A DNA stretch of 64,000 nucleotides, taken from a virus. The stretch lies in the IMG/VR virus record IMGVR_UViG_3300042880_000288, positions 56,702 to 120,701 of that record. The stretch is one strand, 5' to 3'. Shown piece by piece: positions 19,891 to 27,910 of this stretch. Below the pieces are notes generated by a model, which saw only the letters and a program-made list of their open reading frames with translations, was not told where the DNA came from and searched no databases. The number at the start of each line of letters is the position of its first letter. The first letter of the stretch is position 1. A program made the position numbers and the translations under genes.

Positions 19891-20292
19891 TTAAATATAT
19901 GAATAGATGACATATAAAATTTCAGGATGAAAATGTGCAAAAAATAAAAATGCAATAGTTGCCATTGATAATGCTGAATCTAATCTTTTAAACTGTACCA
20001 TTGTCTCCCAATATTTTCTTCTTTTTAGATACCTATTTATTGGACTTTGTATGATGGATAAAAGAAATATAATTAAATAAACATACCATAATTCACTAAT
20101 AGCCATTCCTAATATTAGGAATATTACATAAATTAATGAGAAACAGCCTAATCCAAATTTAATTGTTTTGTCATCTTCTTCACTGTGTTTTGTTTTGTAA
20201 AGAACTCTTACATAACCTCTAGCTTTAATAAATATAACTAGTTCATAACAAAATGCTGTGCCCAACATAAGGGCTAAAATTACGTCTTTCAT
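19891..20292 (-). CDS. Membrane protein
   Basis: 133 aa, 3-4 hydrophobic segments. Confidence 0.65.
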   Translation of the reverse strand: MKDVILALMLGTAFCYELVIFIKARGYVRVLYKTKHSEEDDKTIKFGLGCFSLIYVIFLILGMAISELWYVYLIIFLLSIIQSPINRYLKRRKYWETMVQFKRLDSALSMATIAFLFFAHFHPEILYVIYSYI

Positions 20293-20486
20293 GATTTTTT
20301 GTTTTTTTGTTCTAAGTAATCAATAATAAAACCAATAGCAACTAGTATATTCATACCACAGGATGCTATTATTTCATGAATGTCCTCATATACTGAAGAC
20401 ATTAAATGTACATGACCCACCATCCAGAATGGTACAGATAAGTTTTGACTTATCCATACCACTAAATATTTTAGAAAGTGTTTCAT
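20289..20486 (-). CDS. Small membrane protein
   Basis: 65 aa hydrophobic. Confidence 0.6.
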   Translation of the reverse strand: MKHFLKYLVVWISQNLSVPFWMVGHVHLMSSVYEDIHEIIASCGMNILVAIGFIIDYLEQKNKKS

Positions 20487-20502
20487 TTAATCACCTTCTT
20501 CA

Positions 20503-20760
20503 TTATTCAATCTCTTTTTCTTGTCTGGCTTCTCCGTAGTGGGATGAGAATTTTTTCTTAGACTGTTCCACCTTACTAATCTCTCCTGAATTTTCTGATT
20601 CAACACTGATTGCTCTAATTTCCTTTTGTTTTCTTTCATACTCTTTCCATTCATAGATTTCTAATTCTTTCATTCTAGCAACATCTGCTATAGTCATGCC
20701 TTCAGGTATACCACCATTGGCTTCAATAATTTCTATACAAACTTCTTTCATTCTTCCCAT
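20503..20760 (-). CDS. Hypothetical protein
   Basis: 85-aa ORF. Confidence 0.65.
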   Translation of the reverse strand: MGRMKEVCIEIIEANGGIPEGMTIADVARMKELEIYEWKEYERKQKEIRAISVESENSGEISKVEQSKKKFSSHYGEARQEKEIE

Positions 20761-21185
20761 AACTTCAAACTTTTTTCTAAAAATAATTTGATTGTAACTC
20801 TAACATCTTTATGCCCTAAAATAGATCCTGCTGCTTTTAGTTTATTATATGTTCTTGTTGACATATCCAATTGAACTCTCTTAAGTCTATTTGAAATAGA
20901 TTTAGGTTCAAAAACATCAAAATCATAAGGGAACATCTGAGCATACACATAAACATTTTGTTTGTATGCCTTATCAGTGTGATATTGTAATGCTAACTTT
21001 TTGTTATAATTAATTCTATCCCTTTTAATTTTTATTGTTGCAGCAATACCATGTTCTGTCATCATAAATTTATAAGCCAGAACAGCAATGAGATAACTTC
21101 TTTGATCAACAAGAATTCTTTTTCTACTTTTACTAATTAAAGGCATAAGAGCTTTTAGCACATCCTCTTTAGTGTAATCTTCCAT
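20748..21185 (-). CDS. Hypothetical protein
   Basis: 145-aa ORF. Confidence 0.7.
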   Translation of the reverse strand: MEDYTKEDVLKALMPLISKSRKRILVDQRSYLIAVLAYKFMMTEHGIAATIKIKRDRINYNKKLALQYHTDKAYKQNVYVYAQMFPYDFDVFEPKSISNRLKRVQLDMSTRTYNKLKAAGSILGHKDVRVTIKLFLEKSLKLWEE

Positions 21186-21188
21186 AAA

Positions 21189-21356
21189 TTAAATAAAAAA
21201 AGGAAAGAGTAATCCTTTAAATTCTGCTACAAAGGGTCCTATAAATATTGTACTTATAAACCCATGACTTTGAGACCATAAGTACCAAAACCATAACATA
21301 CAAATATGGGCTATAATCATATATAGCCATATTAAAATTGGTACTATATCTTTCAT
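21189..21356 (-). CDS. 55-aa membrane protein
   Basis: Read manually: MKDIVPILIWLYMIIAHICMLWFWYLW...FPFFI; fills the gap with an ATGA overlap. Confidence 0.55.
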   Translation of the reverse strand: MKDIVPILIWLYMIIAHICMLWFWYLWSQSHGFISTIFIGPFVAEFKGLLFPFFI

Positions 21357-21628
21357 ATGTTTATTAAATCTGCTTCATCAGCATAAACCATTTGCTCACC
21401 CTTCATTTCTACTATGCCTTTAACAATAGCAAATCTTTCTGCAGCATATGATTCATATGGAAAAGATTTAGATGAAAGTTGTAGCTCTTCTAATAAATAA
21501 CCATATTTACCTGGCTGTAATCCAAGAGGTATAACCTCTTTTACATTATAAATTTGGCCTTCTTTTACCCATTCTTCAATAGATACTTTGTTAGGTTTAT
21601 TCTTGTCGTTTATACAAATTACCTTCAT
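21353..21628 (-). CDS. Hypothetical protein
   Basis: 91-aa ORF MKVICINDKNKP... Confidence 0.65.
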   Translation of the reverse strand: MKVICINDKNKPNKVSIEEWVKEGQIYNVKEVIPLGLQPGKYGYLLEELQLSSKSFPYESYAAERFAIVKGIVEMKGEQMVYADEADLINI

Positions 21629-21863
21629 ATTCTACAATATCTGTTTTAATATCTAATTCTTCTAGGTTGTTTTTAATTTCAAACATTTCCAAGAAGTCTC
21701 CAGATTTAATATCACAATAACCTTTATCATGAGCTATTAAAGCACATTGTTCAGCCTGAAGTGGTTCATGCCTACAATATCTTATTAGACTAGCTACAAT
21801 ATATAAAAAGTCATGTATATCATCATTATACAATCTAAGCTTATGTGTTGTAATTGTTTCCAT
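21597..21863 (-). CDS. clpS: ClpS-like Clp protease adaptor
   Basis: KLRLYNDDIHDFLYIVASL...EPLQAEQCALIAHDKGYCDIKSG matches the ClpS core. Confidence 0.8.
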   Translation of the reverse strand: METITTHKLRLYNDDIHDFLYIVASLIRYCRHEPLQAEQCALIAHDKGYCDIKSGDFLEMFEIKNNLEELDIKTDIVEYEGNLYKRQE

Positions 21864-21880
21864 ATATTAAATATACAAAA

Positions 21881-22975
21881 TTATGGGAGCTTTACACCAT
21901 AGTCTTTCCAAATAATTTTAGAGTCATCAAAGTTCTCAAGAGCTTCTTTGACCCATTTTTCATCTATTGAATCCATATAACATAGTATGTGGACAATAGC
22001 TTTATCATCTGGATTTAACCGCAGTAACCTACCAATTCTCTGTGCAGCTTTTCTCTCATTACCATATGCATGCATAATAATACCTTGTTTAAGATTAGGT
22101 ATATTAACACCCTCATTTAACTGAGCTACACATGATAATTGTAATATTTCACCATTTTTAAATAGATCAAGATTTTCTGCAGAATTTGGATTTGTACTGT
22201 GATAACTATGACTACACAATCTATCAGCTTGTTCTTGAGTATTAGCAAATACAATACACTTACTTGAAATACTTTTTAAAAGTATTTTAGTATATTCTTC
22301 TTTACTTCTATACTCTTGTAAAGCTTTCATTCTCATAACTCTTACAATATGAGAATTAGATTTAGTTGTTTCTATTCTGTGAGACCAATAATTATAATTT
22401 AGTTGTTCAGAACTTAAAAATGTACCACTGTTACTTTTTATAGGAAAATTCTTTCTTGTATCTAGTTTAATCTGGTGCACAACTATTTGGTAATCATTTA
22501 AGATATTGTTCTCTATTGCAGCATCAGTTACAAATGTATATTCAATAGGGCAAAATTCATCTACCATTTTTCCTTTCTCAGAATTTCTATACTTTGGTGG
22601 AGTACCTGTAAGCCCTAGTACAATACCATCAAAATTCTCAAGAAAATCTCTATGACTGTCTAGTAGACTATGACATTCATCTAGATATACAACATCATAT
22701 TCTCTTGGATCATGTTTAGTCAGACTAAGATAAGTTGTGAATGTAACATTACTCAACATATAATCTAAATTAAACTTTACCGCATCATGGGTCCAACTAC
22801 TAAATATTGAGGTTTTAGGTGCAACTACAAGTATATTCTTTAAAGGAGTATAATGTTGTTGCATATGTCTCAATCCTACTAATGTTTTACCTACACCTGT
22901 TGCAAGACCAAGACCACATCTTTTTTTCTTTTCTGAAACTTTTAAAGCTTCATTTTGGATATCTTCTCTTGTCAT
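21881..22975 (-). CDS. Superfamily 2 DExH helicase
   Basis: ATGVGKT, LDECH, GLTGTP, LNEGVNIP, QRIGRLLR. Confidence 0.9.
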   Translation of the reverse strand: MTREDIQNEALKVSEKKKRCGLGLATGVGKTLVGLRHMQQHYTPLKNILVVAPKTSIFSSWTHDAVKFNLDYMLSNVTFTTYLSLTKHDPREYDVVYLDECHSLLDSHRDFLENFDGIVLGLTGTPPKYRNSEKGKMVDEFCPIEYTFVTDAAIENNILNDYQIVVHQIKLDTRKNFPIKSNSGTFLSSEQLNYNYWSHRIETTKSNSHIVRVMRMKALQEYRSKEEYTKILLKSISSKCIVFANTQEQADRLCSHSYHSTNPNSAENLDLFKNGEILQLSCVAQLNEGVNIPNLKQGIIMHAYGNERKAAQRIGRLLRLNPDDKAIVHILCYMDSIDEKWVKEALENFDDSKIIWKDYGVKLP

Positions 22976-22991
22976 AAGTTTATTTTAAGTA

Positions 22992-23085
22992 CTATTAGTT
23001 CTTCAGCTTTCTACTCCCAGCTCCGAGGAATTGTATATAACTTAGCCCATCTCACCGCTGTGTGGGAACTGAAGTTTACTAATAG
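22992..23085 (-). ncRNA. Candidate structured intergenic RNA
   Basis: Nested inverted repeats CTATTAG/CTAATAG, CTTCAG/CTGAAG, TCCCA/TGGGA in a 126-nt intergenic gap. Confidence 0.4.
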
Positions 23086-23101
23086 CATTTTTGTTATAAG
23101 T

Positions 23102-23506
23102 TTATTTTAACCAATTCATAGTTCTAGCTTCTGAAGGATGTGCATGAATCCAATCATGACAATTTCTGCATACAGGCAACCAAGTACTCTGTACTAAATA
23201 AAAAGCTTCTCTATTACTACCTGCAAATGTGTGGTGTATATCAGTTGCACCATTAGTACAACCTGCTACTTTAACCATACAAAGATGATTTTCTGTTAGA
23301 TACCTTTCTCTGAGTTTAAGATACTCTTGGTCTTTCTTTTTTCTTTTAGAAGAAACCAGAGGGATTTTATAATCAGTTGGTTTCTGTGAACTGTTATTAT
23401 TAATGGCTTTTTGGCAACTCCAGCAATATTTACAGTATTTGAATCCCTCATGGTTTTTCCAGATGACTGTCTCTTTCTGACAGCCATCACAGATTTTAAG
23501 TTTCAT
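23102..23506 (-). CDS. HNH endonuclease (NinG-like) with N-terminal zinc finger
   Basis: CxxC..CxxC; C..C...DIHH...N...VCRNCHDWIH. Confidence 0.75.
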   Translation of the reverse strand: MKLKICDGCQKETVIWKNHEGFKYCKYCWSCQKAINNNSSQKPTDYKIPLVSSKRKKKDQEYLKLRERYLTENHLCMVKVAGCTNGATDIHHTFAGSNREAFYLVQSTWLPVCRNCHDWIHAHPSEARTMNWLK

Positions 23507-23835
23507 AGTAGTTCTTCAGGAAACTCACCTTTTGACTTAGTTACGGCTGGAGTCTTTCCACTTCTTAATAAAGTTCTAAGACCATCCCAGAATCCAGTAG
23601 CTAAATAACAACTATGTACTACCACACCCTTTGGAATTACAATAAATCCAATTAAAGTTGTGTGATATCTATCTTCATTGTGTATCCAACTCATACCTGC
23701 ATGATAATAATCATCTTTGGGTACATAAATAAGCCAATGAGTTTTTGTTTTCCAAATAACTCTTCCTTGTACGGTGTCTATGCTAGATCTATATCCAGGT
23801 TCCAGACCACCTCTTTTGTCATAAAATGTTTTCAT
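23503..23835 (-). CDS. Hypothetical protein
   Basis: 110-aa ORF, coupled. Confidence 0.6.
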   Translation of the reverse strand: MKTFYDKRGGLEPGYRSSIDTVQGRVIWKTKTHWLIYVPKDDYYHAGMSWIHNEDRYHTTLIGFIVIPKGVVVHSCYLATGFWDGLRTLLRSGKTPAVTKSKGEFPEELL

Positions 23836-24311
23836 ACTTTTTGATTTTTAAGCTGAGGTAAACCTACCGGTGCTTCTTTTAAACTTAAAAAGTTTTTAGG
23901 TAGGATACCTTCAGTGATAAAGATACTAATAATTTGATCTTTTTCAATGTTTAAATCTTTAAAAGTTAAAGTATTTTTAAACTTCTCATCAGTTTGAGTC
24001 TCATTTAATAACATTTCAGTAAGTGTACTTTTAGGAAATAATGTCTTAAATAAGAAATTAGTGTATTGAATACTTAACTGTTGTTTAAATACATTTAATA
24101 CTACTTGTGCTCTTTTATAGACATTTAAAATCCTCTGTTTTTTCTTACTACACATAGTAGCTAATTCTTCTTGACTAAGAGCATCCAGACCATAGAGTGC
24201 TCTCTTGTAGAGATAATTTTGATAAGATGAATACTTATCTTGCTCATATTGCATGTAGGTTTTCTTACCTTGCAATTGATAATTCATTAAATCCTGTTTT
24301 AACTTTTCCAT
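23832..24311 (-). CDS. Hypothetical protein
   Basis: 159-aa ORF. Confidence 0.7.
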   Translation of the reverse strand: MEKLKQDLMNYQLQGKKTYMQYEQDKYSSYQNYLYKRALYGLDALSQEELATMCSKKKQRILNVYKRAQVVLNVFKQQLSIQYTNFLFKTLFPKSTLTEMLLNETQTDEKFKNTLTFKDLNIEKDQIISIFITEGILPKNFLSLKEAPVGLPQLKNQKV

Positions 24312-24332
24312 TTTTACAATAATTTTAATAAT

Positions 24333-24365
24333 AAAAAAAAGGGGACAATATTTCTATTATCCCCT
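24333..24365 (-). terminator. Intrinsic terminator
   Basis: AGGGGA/TCCCCT hairpin plus T-tract on the minus strand. Confidence 0.55.
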
Positions 24366-24384
24366 GTACTATTCAATCTCCTAA

Positions 24385-24858
24385 TTAGATAGCAAAATCT
24401 GTATTAGGTTTAATTGCTTGAGATTTGTTGTTTTGTATAGCATATGCAGCTCTTAACTCATCAACATTGTCATGTTTGATTAATACATCCTCAGCATTAG
24501 ATGCTAAAGTATATTGAGTTTTACGGTAGATTGGACTACCTTCAAACTTACAAACAATACCTGTATCACCAGCAATTTTCAAGTCTTTCTCTGGTGTTTT
24601 CTCATTAAATGGAGTCAAAGACTCTTTAATAATGATTTTACCAGCTAGTTCTTGTCCTTTGTAGAAACCTTCTTCTTGTAATTCAGACAATACACCTGGA
24701 ACCAAAGTAGAAACTACTTTTCTTCTTAAGAAACCATTGTCATCAATGACAGTTCTTGATTGTTCAACACGGATATAACCGTAGTTTTCATTGTTAGGTG
24801 ATAAATTAATAACTGCACCTGTAGTAGCATCAGCTACAACTTTAACTTTTGAGTTCAT
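24385..24858 (-). CDS. Hypothetical protein
   Basis: 157-aa ORF. Confidence 0.75.
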   Translation of the reverse strand: MNSKVKVVADATTGAVINLSPNNENYGYIRVEQSRTVIDDNGFLRRKVVSTLVPGVLSELQEEGFYKGQELAGKIIIKESLTPFNEKTPEKDLKIAGDTGIVCKFEGSPIYRKTQYTLASNAEDVLIKHDNVDELRAAYAIQNNKSQAIKPNTDFAI

Positions 24859-24969
24859 CTTTAAAAGTTTAATAAATTAATAAATAAATTGATTTTTGAG
24901 TGGGTGTTTTACTATATCCTTAATTACTCATTTTAAGGTAAGTTGGTAATTTATATTGCGCACTATAAA

Positions 24970-25251
24970 TTACATATCCAAATTGTCAGATAAATCAATG
25001 ATATCATCAAATGGTTGATCATCTGATATAATATCATTAAGGTCTTCATCATCCTGTGAGAGGAAATCAAAGTCATAATACTTATCTCTGGTGTTTCTAT
25101 CAACAGCAGAACCTGTAAATGGATCCCTAATGTGTTCACCATAGTCAATTGACATGAAGTATTGTACATCTTCATCTGTTAGATCAAGGTACTCTTCTAT
25201 AGAGAGGTGAATTACTTTCCCATTAGGGAGTTGATATTGCATTACCGGCAT
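24970..25251 (-). CDS. Acidic hypothetical protein
   Basis: 93 aa, Asp-rich C-terminus. Confidence 0.65.
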   Translation of the reverse strand: MPVMQYQLPNGKVIHLSIEEYLDLTDEDVQYFMSIDYGEHIRDPFTGSAVDRNTRDKYYDFDFLSQDDEDLNDIISDDQPFDDIIDLSDNLDM

Positions 25252-25334
25252 AAATAAATATGCAGATAAATATAGAGCATTTATACTGAAGTCAATAGTT
25301 TAAACCAATAATATTTAGCACTATATAGCTAAAC

Positions 25335-25361
25335 AAATAAAGAGGGGCACGAGACCCCTCT
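25335..25361 (-). terminator. Intrinsic terminator
   Basis: AGAGGGG/CCCCTCT hairpin plus T-tract on the minus strand. Confidence 0.6.
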
Positions 25362-25401
25362 GTATTTTGGTCAGGAAAAGTATATTCACAGAATACACTT
25401 C

Positions 25402-25821
25402 TTAAAATTCTTCAAGAATTTCTAATTCATTAACTCTGGCATATGTAGTATCTACCTTAACATTTCCCTTATCATCAACACCTGTATATTCTACATGATA
25501 TTGTGAATACTCATGATAACCTCTGAAATCTTTAATAGTAACAATAATACAACCATCAGCATCAGCATACTTTTCTCTAGTAAGAGCTTTGTCCATACCA
25601 TAGCCAATAGTACTTACGGGCATTCTGCACAAAGTACCAATAGGTATTATATCTGGTAGTTTGTTACCTAACATAAGTTTAAAGAAATAATCTACTGTCT
25701 GAGAACTACTACAAATAATAGGAGTAAATAATTTTATAAACTCTTCAGAATTAGAATCTTTAATAATTTTACTTAATGCTTTTGCTACATCAGTATCATC
25801 ATAGTTTACAGATATTTTCAT
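25402..25821 (-). CDS. Hypothetical protein
   Basis: 139-aa ORF. Confidence 0.7.
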   Translation of the reverse strand: MKISVNYDDTDVAKALSKIIKDSNSEEFIKLFTPIICSSSQTVDYFFKLMLGNKLPDIIPIGTLCRMPVSTIGYGMDKALTREKYADADGCIIVTIKDFRGYHEYSQYHVEYTGVDDKGNVKVDTTYARVNELEILEEF

Positions 25822-25823
25822 AA

Positions 25824-26102
25824 CTAGTCATTTAGTTTTCTATATTCTCTAATCTTTATAAGTAGTTCCTCATTAAAATGAGTAAAGAAATTCCTATTAG
25901 GTATTCTTAGATTTAAATTAGACGGTGATTCATGAGGTATTGCTGAAGTTTTAACTCCAGATTTTATCAAGTCACCATCTTTATCCCTAATATCTGCCTT
26001 GAGGTTAAACCCCAAGACAGACTCAAATACAACTACATTATCCACGACCAAACATATCTTTAAGCATGTTATGTAATCTCTCATGGCTATTTCTCTTGTC
26101 AA
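25824..26102 (-). CDS. Hypothetical protein (start uncertain)
   Basis: 92-aa ORF overlapping the upstream gene by 65 nt. Confidence 0.5.
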   Translation of the reverse strand: MTREIAMRDYITCLKICLVVDNVVVFESVLGFNLKADIRDKDGDLIKSGVKTSAIPHESPSNLNLRIPNRNFFTHFNEELLIKIREYRKLND

Positions 26103-26367
26103 CCACCTTTTGTAACATTAATGTAGTCATAACAACTTCATTAGTATGTGTACATTCTTGAACTACTTTTACTAATGCAGTATGCATGTCATCACTTTCA
26201 TCAAATGCTTTAACACATGTTGCAAGGAGTATCTTTACTCTTTCATCAGAAATACCTAAGTTTTGATGTAATAATTCTGCTTTCTCATCAATAATGAGTA
26301 GTTTATACTGACCATCAGTATTATAACCTTTTTTCTTTTTCTTGAACATTTTTCCTAACCAGTTCAT
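26038..26367 (-). CDS. Hypothetical protein
   Basis: 109-aa ORF. Confidence 0.7.
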   Translation of the reverse strand: MNWLGKMFKKKKKGYNTDGQYKLLIIDEKAELLHQNLGISDERVKILLATCVKAFDESDDMHTALVKVVQECTHTNEVVMTTLMLQKVVDKRNSHERLHNMLKDMFGRG

Positions 26368-26397
26368 AATTATAAATTTAAGTTAAACAATAAATAA

Positions 26398-26507
26398 TAG
26401 TCCCAACAGGATTCAAACCTGTGACCTGAACTTGATGTATTGCATGCCCTAACAGGCTATCCTTTACATTTTCAGAGGTTCCGCTCTATCAACTGAGCTA
26501 TGGGACT
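26398..26507 (-). tRNA. tRNA (possibly Gln-CUG) with ~39-nt insertion in the anticodon loop
   Basis: Acceptor AGTCCCA/TGGGACT, D arm GCTC-AGTTGATA-GAGC, anticodon stem GAAC/GTTC, T arm ACAGG-TTTGAAT-CCTGT. Confidence 0.7.
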
Positions 26508-26513
26508 AACAAT

Positions 26514-26792
26514 TTAATAAGAATCTTCAGCTTTACCAAGACTTAACCAGTCTGCATCTTCTAAAATCCAAATCTCATCAATAAAACCATCTTTCAATGT
26601 GTACATAGTATTCCAAAACTCTAGTACTATGACTTCATCCTTTCTTTTAGTTACATTTACTAAAACATCATTTGTAATTTCTATTACATTCTTGACAAAC
26701 CTTTTCTCTGACCAAGTTAGATTGTTTGGTAATTTTTGAGAGTTACCAACTCCTGCAATCATAACTGCAATAATCATCATTAATTTTTTCAT
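26514..26792 (-). CDS. Hypothetical protein with signal-peptide-like N-terminus
   Basis: MKKLMMIIAVMIAGVGNSQ. Confidence 0.6.
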   Translation of the reverse strand: MKKLMMIIAVMIAGVGNSQKLPNNLTWSEKRFVKNVIEITNDVLVNVTKRKDEVIVLEFWNTMYTLKDGFIDEIWILEDADWLSLGKAEDSY

Positions 26793-26801
26793 TTCTTTTT
26801 T

Positions 26802-27050
26802 TTATTTACTTTCAACATAAGCCCATACTAACATAGCACAAGCCACTACAATAAATCCATAGAACATCCATTTCATTGGTAACATTGTTTTTTCAAGTTC
26901 AATTGCTTCTTCAATACAAACTATCTCATGCTCAATTTCATTTCTTCTTTGCATATACAGTTCTGGACTAGGTTCAGCAAAATGTAACATATACAATTCA
27001 TCAAGCCTTTCTTCTTTTCTCTTTTTTAATTTTTTAATTGACATCTTCAA
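26802..27050 (-). CDS. Hypothetical membrane protein
   Basis: 82 aa, C-terminal TM segment. Confidence 0.6.
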   Translation of the reverse strand: MKMSIKKLKKRKEERLDELYMLHFAEPSPELYMQRRNEIEHEIVCIEEAIELEKTMLPMKWMFYGFIVVACAMLVWAYVESK

Positions 27051-27819
27051 TAATTTTATAAATTATAATATTTTTATCTACTTGCTTCTTTAACTCATCA
27101 TATAATGCTACTGCCTTTTTGTGAGGCATATTTACATCAATCTTAACACCTAGCATATTTGCAACTCCTGATAAAGTTAGTATGGCATCACTATGTAAAT
27201 ACTGTTTACTTATCATGTTTGTGCTATCAATATATTTTAGTGCCTTATTAGGATCATCAGCACATAGTAATAAGTCTTTAAATACTTTTACTGATTGATA
27301 AGCATTAGGTTTACCAAAGACTTTATGGAATAATTTAACATCAATGTCCATTTTTTTATATGGACTAGTTTTTAAATAAGCTTCTATAAATTCTATAGGA
27401 TTGTTTATCTTACCATTCATCATTTTAGAAAACATAGTATTATTAACTAATGTCATCAGACTAGTATTTATTTTCTTTATTACCCATGGTGCTAAGTAGT
27501 TCATACAATCCATTTTCATTGCATATGGTAGTTTATTAAAATGATGACCAAACCAAATTTTGGTAGTCTTCTTCTTTCTATCATATGTTATACCATGGAG
27601 TGCCTTTCTTCTATAAAAGAATCTACCATTTTCAAACATTGGTATTCTTTCAACACTAGACCAATAGATATGAGTATCAGTTTCTTTCCTACTCTCATAT
27701 GCAAAGCTATGTACTCTATTACTGTAGTAATATATTCTCTGCAATTCAGGTGGAAATTTTTGTATTGTTAAGTGTTCATTATAAGCTTCAGGGTTGGTAA
27801 TAATTGTGACTTTTTCCAT
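27034..27819 (-). CDS. Hypothetical protein
   Basis: 261-aa ORF. Confidence 0.75.
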   Translation of the reverse strand: MEKVTIITNPEAYNEHLTIQKFPPELQRIYYYSNRVHSFAYESRKETDTHIYWSSVERIPMFENGRFFYRRKALHGITYDRKKKTTKIWFGHHFNKLPYAMKMDCMNYLAPWVIKKINTSLMTLVNNTMFSKMMNGKINNPIEFIEAYLKTSPYKKMDIDVKLFHKVFGKPNAYQSVKVFKDLLLCADDPNKALKYIDSTNMISKQYLHSDAILTLSGVANMLGVKIDVNMPHKKAVALYDELKKQVDKNIIIYKIIEDVN

Positions 27820-27835
27820 TTGTGACCGTTTTAAT

Positions 27836-27862
27836 AAAAAACAAAAAGGGACGAAGTCCCTT
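27836..27862 (-). terminator. Intrinsic terminator downstream of the TROVE-like gene
   Basis: AAGGGAC/GTCCCTT hairpin plus T-tract on the minus strand. Confidence 0.7.
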
Positions 27863-27910
27863 GTGGTAAGTGGTAGATTTCTGTTGCCAAGTATCTACCA
27901 TACTCCGATC

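Noticed and set aside
24963-25175. 70-aa alternative-frame ORF
   Set aside because: Nested within the better-supported acidic 93-aa ORF.
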